Positions 1-11,373 of a stretch of 64,000 bases of DNA are shown here, in pieces. The translations under genes and the position numbers were made by a program. The notes under the pieces were generated by a model, which ran no database searches, had not been told where the DNA came from, and saw only the letters and a program-made list of their open reading frames with translations. Origin of the DNA: Geosiphon pyriformis uo1 (Eukaryota > Fungi > Glomeromycota); NCBI GenBank assembly GCA_016748015.1, contig JAAOMT010000183.1:574787-638786 (forward strand), read 5' to 3'. How positions within the stretch are numbered: the first letter of the stretch is position 1; the number at the start of each line of letters is the position of its first letter.

Positions 1-839
1 TTTCCCGAAATTCTGGTCAGCAAAGACCAAATTACTTTTACACTCAACCCAGTTATTTAACAATGACTGAAGAATCGAATTTTCAACAAACTACACTTTC
101 TGAAGGTGAAGCTGCAGACCCAGAACAAACTCTTCCAACCATACCATTCTACCAGTTCAAATTTCTCAAAATGCCAACCTCTCAGATATATTTCCATTTG
201 AATTTGAAGCAAATGAATTACCATTCTTGCTTAGTAATGCAACAGTTAATAAACAAAAAGCTATTACTGCTATGTACACTGAAGCTACAGTAGAAAAAAA
301 ACCCATTTGATTAATTTTAGACAGTGGATCAGCTGGAAGTATTATCACTTACCAGTTAATGCAACAGCTTTAAAAAACTGTTGACAGACCAGCCCAAACT
401 GTAATTGTTACAGCAGATGGTATGAAGAAGACACCAGTAGGAGAAATTGACAATTTCCCATTCACCATTGATGGAATTACCATTCCAGTCAAAGTGCTAG
501 TCATGGATGCACCCTAATACCAAGCTCTGATCGGAAATAATTGGCTTCTTAAAGCCAATACAAACTTAGATTGGGAAACTCAAGAACTAAAAATCTCATA
601 CCAAAGACAACACACTATAGTATCTGTTACTTGTGGTACTTTCAACAAACGATCAGAGAAAGCCCCAGTATTTGAATTTGAAGAGAAGAAAGAAATGCCA
701 CTTACTGAAACCTACATGGCACTTGGATCAACATCCAACTGGGCTGAAGAAACAGAACAAAAGATTTTTGAAGAATCAAGAGAATGGAAGAAAGTTAGAT
801 ATTCTACTCCAGAACCATGAAAACAACCACCCTATATTC

Positions 840-1470
840 CACTTAAATACAAAGATTGCAACAAGAAACTTTTATCAATGAGAGCATGTATTTCTTCAGA
901 AGAGGAATATGAAACTCATATCTGTTACTTTTGCAAAGCATGCCATAGAGAACGATTTGGATCTCCAAAAAGAAGTGGAAAATAGAACAATACACCTTGC
1001 CTTACATATGGAAATATGTTACCAGAAAAATGCAACTGGATTGATGTTGCAATAAGAGGAGGAGTATGTGATTAAACCTGTCAATATGTTCTATCAATTT
1101 CGGAAAAAGTCAGAAGAGGAACACCATTTGATGCAGCATACAACAGTGCTCTTAATAAACTTTACCACTACCCTCATGATGCTGAAATGATTTTTGACCT
1201 AGCAATGGCATTGATTAATAAAGCCACCCAAGAAGATGTTTGCCAAATGAAAGAAGCTGAATACATTGAGTATACTATAGAATTAGCTGGATTTGATTAT
1301 GAAGATAAAGTAGAAACCTACCACCAAATTGCAAGCCACACATATCCGACCAAAGAAGCTCAAATTCAACAATTAAAGCAAATAAACATTCAATTGTGTG
1401 AAGAATGTGTTATGTCTTGTGATGACCAATGGTGTTTAGAATGTTATGCTCTTAGCATTCCTTTGCCAGA
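840..1470 (+). other. Cys-rich putative Zn-binding domain inserted between PR and dUTPase (element A)
   Basis: CYFCKAC, the CLTCG-equivalent, CxxTCQY and CEECVMSCDDQWCLEC motifs. Homologous segments are present in B, C, D, E and F. Confidence 0.75.
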
Positions 1471-1599
1471 TGAGAATGATGAAAATAAAATCGAATTTGG
1501 AGTATTTGAACTAGTAGAAAAACTACCAACCACCCCCATTTATCTTCTTAAAAAGCAACTACCTCTACAACTTAAATATTTCAACAACTATGGCCAAGG

Positions 1600-1996
1600 A
1601 ATCAGACCAGAAAAAGCACATGAAATTGATACTGGATATGACCTAAGATATCCAGAAAAAGATACTTTGGTTCTTCAACCAAAGTCTTTGATGAAAATTA
1701 ATCTCAAAATTGCTCTTAAAATTCTACCTGGAGCAATGATTCAAATTGTGTCCAGATCATCATTGGCAAGCAAAAGAATTAATGTTAAAGGAGGAGTTAT
1801 AGATGCAGGATACACTGAAGACATTGCCATCATGTTGCAAAATGAAACAGACAAACCATTCAAGATTGAACATGCTAAAAAAATTGCTCAAGCAATTTAC
1901 TTACCCTTAATTAATATTTCGGGTCTACAATCAGTTAACAACAGAGAACAATTGGGAAAAAGTGAAAGAGGAACTCAAGGTTTTGGTTCAACTGGA
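1600..1996 (+). other. dut: dUTPase domain within A pol
   Basis: All five trimeric-dUTPase motifs are recognisable: DTGYDL, SRSSLASK, GGVIDAGYT, KIAQAI, SERGTQGFGSTG. Confidence 0.93.
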
Positions 1997-3911
1997 CAAT
2001 TTACAGTTCCAGTAAACATAGCCCTTAAAATACAAAATAAATTTCATCAGATTCTTCAACTTCTCCAACCAATTACTATTTCATCTTTTGGAGAATATCA
2101 TGAAATTTATGCTTGCTCAAAACCCACTACTACTCAACAAATTTTTGAATCCAATGAACAAATCAGTTTGAAGCATGAAATCTCAATTTCAAACGTTTAT
2201 ATTTTCAAAGGAATGAGAAAATTTCGAGTTACATTCTACAATCCCAATAATTACCCTATTGTCTTATTAAACAAATTAGAGATTGGAATCATACACAGCA
2301 ATATTTTTCAAGATGAAAACCCTCAAATTGTCTCTAATTTTATCGAAATTGTAAGACACACTCTACTCCCAAATCCAAATATTATTTCCACTACTGAAAA
2401 CTACCATCTTTTAGAAGAAAAACTCTTTTGTATTAACATAAGTTCCTTAGAATCTCAACAACAAAAACAATTGAAACAATTGATAGCTGAATTTGCAGAT
2501 ATATTTGCAAAAGACAACAATGATCTGGGAAAAACAAATATGGTTTAACATCAGATCTATACAGGAGATGCTCCACCAAAATGTCAGCAAGCTTACAGAA
2601 TGCCATCTGCCAGCCACCAATTTATCAGAGAAGATGTTCAAAGAATGCTCAATAATAGATTGATTCAACCATCAAGAAGTCTTTGGGTCTCACCAGTAGT
2701 TCTTGTCAAAAAGAAAAATGGAAAAATCAGATTTTGTGTTGACTATCGCCAATTGAACAGTGTGACAATTAGAGATGCTTACCTTCTTCCAAGAATTGAT
2801 AACATGCTAGATGCTCTAAGAAAAGCCAAGTTCTTCTCAACTTTAGACTTGGAAAGTGGATACTGGCAAGTCGAAATGGACCCAAAAGACCAACCCAAAA
2901 CAGCATTTATTACTCAGGGAAGAAACTATGAGTTTAATGTTATGTCTTTTGGACTCTGCAATGCACCAGCAATATTTCAGTGACTTATGAATGTTGTATA
3001 TGAAGGGCTCTTGTGGCAATCAGTAGTTGTTTATCTTGATAATACTGATGTATACTTACCAAGCTTTAAAGCCCATTTCATTCACCTGCAAGAAGTTTTT
3101 CAATGATTATGGAAAGCAGGATTAAAGTTAAACATTGAAAAATGTCACTTTGGAAAAACAAGCTTGATCTTTCTTGGACACATAGTTAGTAAAGATGGAA
3201 TCAAACCAAATCCAGGAACAATCAGTGTTGTCAAAAACTTTCAAACCCCCAGAAATACCACAGAACTAAGAGGATTTGTAGGATTAGCCTCTTACTATTG
3301 AAAATTTATAAAAGAATTCTCAGAAATTGCCAAACCACTTAATTATCTTACCAACAAAAACGTACTATACAAATGAACTAAAGAACAACAAAAAGCTTTT
3401 GAAACTCTCAAAACAAAATTGACAACAGCCCCAGTTCTTGTTTACCCAGACTTCAACAAACAATTCCAATTAGCCACTAATGCTTTACACATAGCATTTG
3501 GTGCCATTTTATCACAATTGGATGAAAATGGCCAGGAACAAGTTATCGTCTATGCCAGTAGAACACTCAAGCCAACAGAACTCAAATATGGCTCAACTGA
3601 ATTAGAAGCCGCTGCAGTTATCTGGGCTCTCAAATACTTTCAACAATACCTAAAGAATGGAAAAAAATTTGACATAATAACTGACAATATTGGCCTCAAA
3701 TGGCTTAATAAAAAGAAAACTGAACAAAGTGCCAAACAGTCTCAATGGAATGACTTTCTAGCAGACTACAGATACATTGTACATCACAAACCAGAAAAAC
3801 TACACACCAATGTTAATAGCCTTTCAAGAATGAGACAATATTAATACCAACATCAATACCAACAAAACACCAACAAACTTAACAGCAGAACAAACAACAA
3901 AATCAATAACA

Positions 3912-5297
3912 ATAGATCCAGAAAACTACAACAACATCACAAACTATTTGGAAACTCTCACCATGCCAGAAAATTGGTTTCCAAGTGAAAAACATCAATT
4001 ACAACACCAATCCAAACAATATTTTATACACCATAACAAAATCTATTACAAAAATCGTAAAAACCCAAACCAACTACTCAGATTAGTACAGGAAAATGAA
4101 AAAGAAACAATTCTATACAACATGTACACAGATCTTTCTTTAGCATACTTGGAAAGAAATGGAACAATTTAAAGAACTCTTGAACATTATTTTTGGTTTC
4201 ACATGCAAAAAGACATTCAACAATATGTAGAATCTTGTGATAGTTGTCAAAAAAGAGGAGAAACTCACTCCACAGAACCTTTAAATCCAATCAAAGTTGG
4301 ACAATCTTTTGACAAAGTTGGAATTGATTTAGTCAGACCATTACCTATCACAATCCAAGAAAATCGTTATATTGCAGTTGCAATAGATTATTTCACCAAA
4401 TGGCTTGAAGCTAGAGCCATCCAAAGAGCAGATGCAAAATCAGTAGCAAATTTCATCTATAAAGACATTATTTGTAGACATGGATGTCCAATTGAACTCT
4501 TATCTGATCAAAGAACACATTTTGTGAACAACTTGATACAAGAAATTTGTAAACAATTCAATGTCAAAAGACCTCTATCATCACCTTATTATTCTCAAAC
4601 AAATGGACTTGTAGAATGTTTCAACAGAACATTGTGTGAATCTCTAGCCAAAGTCTCAACAGACTTTGAGCAGAAATAAGATATCTTTATTCCATCAGTG
4701 TTACTAGCATACAGAACATTAAAACAAGATACTATGAAACACACATCATTTGACCTTACTTATGGAAGGACAACAATATTACCAATTAATTTCACAGTAA
4801 AAACATACCCAGTACAACCAATCAATGAAAAAAATTTTCAAAAAACACTCCAAAGAAGGGCCTATACTCTTTTCAATACACTGGAAAGAAAAAGAAAGAT
4901 AGCAGCAATTTACATTGAACATTCCTAAGCTCAACAAAAAGAAAGACATGACAACAAATTACCACCCATTATCAACAAATTTAAAGTTGGAAATAACGTT
5001 TTTTTACACAGAACTAAGGCTGAAAAACAATGGAGTGAAAAATTTGAAAACAAATGGGATGAACCATTTTATATTCACGAAATTCTAGGCAATGGATCAT
5101 ACAAGTTAAGACTTGACGATAAAATACTAGCAAAAGTTGCACATGGAAACAGATTAAAACATTATCATTCCAGAAACAATCCTGAAACATTAATTCCACA
5201 AATTGGTACACATTCCCCTTTAATTAATCCTGAAGATATTCCCCAAAATTTAGAACCAATAATTATAATAGAACAACAACCAAACTTGAACACTTAA
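3912..5297 (+). pseudogene. A integrase, in a reading frame separate from RT-RNase H
   Basis: CDSCQ Zn motif; DDE core (VGIDLV, LLSDQ, QTNGLVE); GPY/F-like WDEPFYIHEILGNGSYKL; ends LEPIIIIEQQPNLNT-TAA. No chromodomain. Contains internal stops. Confidence 0.9.
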
Positions 5298-5455
5298 ATT
5301 TTACAATAATTCTTTAATAAAAAACACAAAGACAAAAAATAATAAATAATAACAAAAAAAAAAAAAAAAACACCTAAACCCAAAAAAAAATAAAAACCCC
5401 ATATCCCAAAAATAATTTTCTTTATTCTTCCTTTTCATAATTAGTCAATTTTATC

Positions 5456-6163
5456 ATGATTATTCTCCGAAATATTCAACAAATATCCCAAAAGTTAATG
5501 TTAGCCTTAAAAACACTTTCTGATTTATCCATAATGATTAATAGAAGTCAAATTAATAAAATTCAGAAAAAAACCACAGCCCCAATAGTAAATTATTTAC
5601 AGAACCATCACCCCTATAGAAGAAAAACAAGAAGTCACTTTGAAAATAGGTTATCAAGACTTTTGAAACAAGCACTAGAAGAAAATTTTTTAATTGCCCC
5701 TATTGACATTTCACCAAATGCTACAATGCAACAAAAACTTCTACTACTTATTAATGAACAGAACAATAAACACACCCTTATCTATAAATACTTTCATATT
5801 GGAAAGACACTTTATGAACGAAAACTGGAACTTGAAACAACAAATCTCATTCTTAAAGCTATACAAAAACAAATTCATAATGAATTCAAAACAGCAGCTG
5901 GACCAACAAATACTCACTACAAACTTAGAGCAGCTTTTAGACTCTATGATTTGTTTAATACTTGTAAAAATGTTCTACAAAATTCAATACTGCAACCAAT
6001 AAAAATCCAATACATTGGCAAACTCACAGAACTGAAATTTCAACAATTTTCAGACCAGATTACTTCAATTATTTTGGATTACTATCTTAATATTACAGAT
6101 AGTACTTGGACTTTGACAGAGCTCAGTTTTGAGGAGGAGATTATGTTACCAATAGAATTTTAG
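5456..6163 (+). CDS. A ORF3, 235-aa protein of unknown function, running through the PPT into the LTR
   Basis: Uninterrupted ORF with ATG; homologs occupy the same position in F, C and H. Confidence 0.8.
   Translation: MIILRNIQQISQKLMLALKTLSDLSIMINRSQINKIQKKTTAPIVNYLQNHHPYRRKTRSHFENRLSRLLKQALEENFLIAPIDISPNATMQQKLLLLINEQNNKHTLIYKYFHIGKTLYERKLELETTNLILKAIQKQIHNEFKTAAGPTNTHYKLRAAFRLYDLFNTCKNVLQNSILQPIKIQYIGKLTELKFQQFSDQITSIILDYYLNITDSTWTLTELSFEEEIMLPIEF
6131..6140 (+). promoter_or_regulatory. Polypurine tract of A
   Basis: GAGGAGGAGA lies 3 nt upstream of the LTR start TGTTAC. Confidence 0.85.
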
Positions 6164-7138
6164 CTATTAATTAGCATAAAATTACTCTTATAATTCCTAT
6201 AATTAATTAGTATATTAATATCATTTATTATTTAATCAATTATTACATATTACAATTCAATTAAATAATCCAATTAGTATAACAAAAAGTAGGATGATCA
6301 AATTACACAATATCCTGAACTTTGTAATATTCAAAAATTTGCCAAAATTTACAGAAATTTGCCAAAATTTATATGAAATTTGCCAAAATTTATAGAAATT
6401 TGCCAAAATTATAAATAGTTCACCCAAATTAATCAATAGTTCAGCAAAACAACTTGTAGTCTATCAAAATGTATCTTTAGTTTGCCAAAATTTGAGCAAA
6501 GAGAAAAAGTGCAAGTTCATAGACTAGTACTACAACAAGTTGTATAAAAAAAGAGCTTTTTTTTTCAAGAAAATATATCTTATTTTAGATTTATCACTTA
6601 GAACCGTTCCTATACACACAAAAAAAAAAATATTAAATAATTCAAAAAACCAAATTCTTTAATTATTGCACTTAGAAAATCCCCAAAACCCAACTAACAT
6701 TTCGAAATTGATTAGCTACCAATTTCAGTAAACTGTTAGTGACTCCAGGCCTGGATAGAAAACGTTTTCCTTGATAAAATTCTATTTCTTTTACATTTCT
6801 TTTATTTTCTTTTCTTTTTTTATTACAATCATTAGGGTAGCCTACAGACAAGATTCCTGTAGAAGAATTGATTTTCACAGCAAAGTAACTACACATTTTT
6901 AGTGAACTTCCAGATGAGCAATTTCTGAGAAAGAATTGACATTTACTACAATGTAACTACATAAAGTAACCAGCAAGAAATTGGCCATTCCACTTATAAG
7001 CCCAGCAGTTCAAATTATAAGAGATAATTTGAAGATAAATTCAGTTATTGGAGGTTCAACTACTTCTAGAAAACGTGAATTTGCAACCAACAGATATTTA
7101 CAACATTCAAGAAAAGAGACCAAAAACCTTTGGTAACA
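6144..7138 (+). repeat. 3' LTR of A (995 bp)
   Basis: Perfect 8-bp terminal inverted repeat TGTTACCA...TGGTAACA; similar to the LTRs of E and F. Confidence 0.93.
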
Positions 7139-10100
7139 CTGTCCAGATGTTTAACAGCTCATCTCCAGACAGCATCTATGGGCATTTCTTTTCTTACCCA
7201 GTCACTTATGAAAATTATGTATTGACACAATTTGTTACATGTTTCTCCTCACCCAGAAATGTCATTCTACATTTCTTCATCCAGAAGAGTTTCTCCACAA
7301 GCCAAGCATAATTCATTGTCTCATTTCCCAACCCGTTTTGGCCTTCCAAAGCATTCAATGACACATGGGTGGCAGTAAAATTTTGTTGTCGAAGTGTATT
7401 CCTTATTATCACCACAACAAGTGTCCATTGACAACAATTTCTTGTTGCAATTGATGCATACCAGTTTGGATTAATGATAGGTAGACTGTTGTGGTGGAGT
7501 GTAGGTGGCTGGAATATAAGTGTTGTTGACTTGAATGGTGTCTTTTTCTTTCCCTTTCTCTTTGTCTTTTCCTTTATCTTCTTCTCAATCCCAATTTGAT
7601 GTCAGTTGGTTGTTGTTATTGTTGGTCCATGTTAGATCGTCAGTTTCCCAGGTAAGTTTTTCTCTTTGTTTTCCTTTTTTTGGCTTGTCCCATGATAGTA
7701 TTGGCGGCAGCTCATTGTGGTCTGCTTTAGCTTATGACACTTGATAGGCTTCCCAAGTAGGTTTCTTCTTCTTTTCTTCGAATTTGATAAATGGTGTTGT
7801 CAAGTTGGTGGTCTTAAAATGGCCACATGTGGTGGATACACATGTGTGTTAACTGTTTTGGCTCAGTTGGAGCTCCTACATTGTTCAGTCCAGTATGGCA
7901 TTGGTTTTAGATAACCAGTTATTTCCTACTAATGCCTGATATTGGGTTGCTTCCATCACTAAGATTTTGATGAGAATAATAATGCCATTGACTTTAAAAA
8001 AAAAGTCATCAATCTTACCAATGAGAGTTTTGGTTGCTCCATCAGCAGTTATAATTCTGGCACTGGCAGCATAATCAACTTGGTGACCTAATTGGTTCAT
8101 GAGTTGTTTTGTAATGATGCTGCCAGCTGATCCATTATCTAGGATTAGTTTGATGGAGTGGCCATCAACTTTGGCATCAGTGTACATGACAGTAATAGGT
8201 TTTTCTTCCAGAGCGGCTCCACTAAATAATGGCATGGTTGACAGTTCTTCAAGTTCAAACGGAAAGCTGGCAGAATATTGCTGATAAGTGTTGAGTATTG
8301 GTTGGATTCCAGGTTATTAAATTGAGCATCTTCTGGGATAACTAGTAAACTTAAATAGTTCTGGGAATTTGGGTGTTGGGCATACCCAGTGCCCAAATTC
8401 CATTGTCGAGATCCTGCTGATTGTGTGGAAGAACTGGAGATCAGTTGATAGACTACCATCGATGATTTCCAGCTTTGTTGTGTCAATCTCGGCCTTTGGG
8501 TTCTATTTTAAGGTAAGTTCTGTGACAGTGTTTGAATTTGTTGGGGCTGATATATTACTTAAGGCTGTGGCTGTGGCTGATAAATTGCTGGTGTCATCAG
8601 TTGATAAATTGGCATTTGATATACTGGTGGTTAATAAGATGGCTGTTGCATCATAGGTAAGTAATTTTGATGATATGGTTCTGAATTTGGTGGGTTATTC
8701 GGAATTTGAAACTGGCAATCAGGGTTTTGATTTTGATTTTCCAATCATTAGTTATTTAAGTGATGGCAGCAATTGATTTGTAGGTGTCTTTGTCTACCAC
8801 AATAGTGGCAAACACGCATTTTCTGTTGTCACTATTGATTGGTCACCAATAATAGATGCAACTGATTCTGGAAGTAATTCACATTTCTGGAATTATTGCA
8901 TTATTGTGGTGGTTGATAAATTGTGCAATTGTCAGCTAAGTATCTCTCTAATTTCTGATTGATAGAATTGCTAAATTGTTTCAATTTGGAATCCAATTCA
9001 GATGATTTATTCATTACTAGATTAACTGCTTAGGTGTAGTTGGCTTCTAATTCAGTGGCTTCAAAATCTTTGGCATTTGTGATGGCTGCTTGCAGATTGA
9101 CAAGATGCATTGGATGTATGTGTTGCTGAATACTGCTGCATAATCTGCAAATAAACTGATTTAGGATTTGGGCCACTGTGAAATAATTAACGTTGATGGC
9201 TTGGATCTGATGTAGATTCCTGTGGAAGCATCCTAAGTAAGTAGTAACTGCTTCATTTTCTCCTTGTTTGATGATAGTGAAGGTGTTTGCTAGCCTGTTA
9301 ATGCTGTTATTGTTACTAAAGTATCTTAAGAACTCAATTTTAAATGCATTAAAATCTTTGGGTTTGTTGACTAGGCTTTGGTACCATGAATCAACAGTAT
9401 CCTGGAGAAAATATGGGATGGCTTGCATGGCTTTGGCATTATTTCATCCATTAGCTGCAATGACTTTCTCCATATTATTTAGCCATACTTGGGCATCATC
9501 CTCTTTGCCAGTAAATTTTTCGAGTTTGGCTATTGGTGCATATGCCATTGGATCTAAGTTGGGTTGTGGTGGTTGTTGAAGTGGTACTAGTAACTGTTGA
9601 ATCTGTTGGTGTGGTTGTTGTAGTGGCTGGCCAATCAGTTCAACTAGTGGTGAGTTAATGACAATAACAAAAAGTAGGTTTGGTTGATTAATTAAATTGG
9701 GATTTTGATTGTTCTAATTGTGCTGCATTTGAAAATTCGGAGTTTCAATTTCCAGATTTTTTAAATTTAGATTTTGCTGAGTCTGAAAGTTTGGGGTTTC
9801 AATTTCCAGATTTTCAGTGATCAGGTTCTGGTAAGTAAATTCTTGATCTTCAGATTCTTTTTCCTCTTTTTTCTGGTCTTCTTCTAATTCCATTACTTCC
9901 TAGGGACTTGCAGTTCCAAAATCTGGTTGGGGTAGTGGAGATTGAAGTCCTGATGGCATAGACAATTGAGACTTAAATCCTTCGAAATACATGCCATATG
10001 ATCCTAGAAGATCTTTTTTTTTTGTTTACTCTGAAATAGAAATCATCCAAAAGTTGATGTTGTGTTTAATGTGGACATGCCTGTAATATTGATGGCACTT

Positions 10101-10531
10101 CTGGGTGTATAATAATATGATAGATTAGTTGGTGATTCAACTCTTGTTTTCTTCCAAGTGGGTGGTTGTATTCTTTGAGGTGTTATTGCTGGTGTTTGTA
10201 ATTTTTCTTTGCCTTTGTTTGCATAGGTAATTGGATATCTTTGTTGAGTGTGAATTTCAATTTCTTTATTGATTTTAGTAAGGATTGCTGTGAAATTGTA
10301 ATTTGTTGGTAGGCTGGTATTCTGGATTAATTTGTTGTAGAAGTTTCTTCTGGTTGAGTCAGTTTCTACTGGTACTCCTAGTAAATATGAGATTCTCTCG
10401 TGGATGTAGAAATTAAAAGCTAATTCTGCTGATAAGTGATTGTCGGTTAATCCTAAATGTTGACAGTAGTGTTGAAATAAGGATTTTGTTAATCCTAAAT
10501 GGTTTGTCCCTATTTCTTCAGATTCTGCCAC
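7139..10531 (-). pseudogene. gag: B gag-protease polyprotein remnant
   Basis: Capsid-like MQAIPYFLQDTVDSWYQSL and IKQGENEAVTTY; CCHC knuckle ~8770-8815; protease 7885-8235. Confidence 0.88.
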
Positions 10532-10576
10532 TGTTTGAATGGGTGTTGTTGGTGCTGGTTTTCTGTAGGATTATAT

Positions 10577-10592
10577 CTCACAAGAAGCACCA
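10577..10592 (-). promoter_or_regulatory. Primer-binding site of B
   Basis: TGGTGCTTCTTGTGAG, 2 nt after the LTR end; complementary to a tRNA 3' end in ACCA. Confidence 0.8.
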
Positions 10593-10594
10593 AA

Positions 10595-11373
10595 TCTTAT
10601 AGATGATTATTTGGGGTCTCAAATCAAATAACAAATTCATAACTTGGTGCTCAATATTTTGACAATGCTGGTGATACTAGTATGTTGGTTGTATCTGAAG
10701 GTTTTAGAGTTGAGTCCTTTGTATAATGAACAGAGATTTAATGATGATGTAGTTGGTTGGTGAGTTGGGTTCCCAATTTCTGTCTTCAGCTTGGTGGCTG
10801 GTTTATTCTGGCATTCGTGTTCTTCTTGTAAGCTATCTGTTAATATATATATAATTTTACCCTTATTTCTGGGTCTTTTACCAGGCTATCTGTGACGTCA
10901 ATTACTTAGCACTTTAATCCTTAATCAGTTAATATACAACAATAAAATTAAGAAAAAAAAATAAAATAAAAATAAAAAAATAAGCCAAGACAATGTGCAA
11001 GTTAGTATCCGTCAATAGCCATGATCAAGAGCTATTGTTCCAGTGTGGTTAAGTATTGATTACTATCAACATAAAGTATTGATAGTGAAGAGTGAATTTG
11101 GATGATAAATGATTTATTTATTTAATATTTGTAAATAGAAGATTTCTAACTAAAAGATTCTGCTCTTTTTACTTCTAATGCTATTGTTATATATACATAA
11201 TTGATGTTCTATGAGATTGTTCACATTCCCAAGTGATGTGTTATGATTCCTTAAGCAATGTGCTGTGATTTCTATCATTGCTTTACATTGCTGAGCAATG
11301 TGCTCATGTGCTACATACTATTTGCTTATTGGTTTACTATTTTCCTATATCTGTTTTCATTTTATAAGTAACA
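10595..11373 (-). repeat. 5' LTR of B (779 bp)
   Basis: Starts TGTTAC on the minus strand; aligns with both LTRs of C. Confidence 0.88.

Larger units (their letters stand above)
1..3844 (+). pseudogene. pol: A gag-end/pol polyprotein (PR, Cys-rich domain, dUTPase, RT, RNase H), with in-frame stops
   Basis: PR LILDSGSAGSII (~310-345); [35 protein letters not shown] and YLDN (decayed YLDD, ~3032); RNase H LATNA...ELEAAAVIWAL...IITDN; ends SLSRMRQY-TAA at 3844. Confidence 0.93.
1..7138 (+). mobile_element. Element A: Ty3/Gypsy-type LTR retrotransposon (5' part outside window), inserted into element B
   Basis: Domain order PR-dUTPase-RT-RNaseH-IN, then ORF3, PPT and 3' LTR. Sequence after 7138 resumes the coding region of element B. 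Confidence 0.95.
7139..11373 (-). mobile_element. Element B: 5' part of a Gypsy-type element (same family as C), interrupted by A and inserted in LINE L1
   Basis: 5' LTR, PBS, gag, PR (LILDNGSAGSII) and the start of the Cys-rich domain. LINE ORF2 sequence resumes at 11374. Confidence 0.9.

Noticed and set aside
110-145. Programmed gag-pol frameshift in A
   Set aside because: E and F read through the equivalent region in one frame; most likely a private 1-nt indel.
1187-2548. Host dUTPase gene (453-aa ORF)
   Set aside because: It is a stop-bounded piece of Pol, in frame with PR and RT.
3419-3844. Alternative genetic code explaining frequent stops
   Set aside because: Internal stops differ between copies and map to CAA/CGA/TGG in sister copies. 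Only the RNase H terminal stop was seen shared across families.
5100-5297. Chromodomain at the integrase C-terminus
   Set aside because: The tail is short and P/N/I-rich with no chromodomain aromatic motif.
5456-6163. ORF3 as env
   Set aside because: No evident signal peptide, fusion peptide or transmembrane segment.
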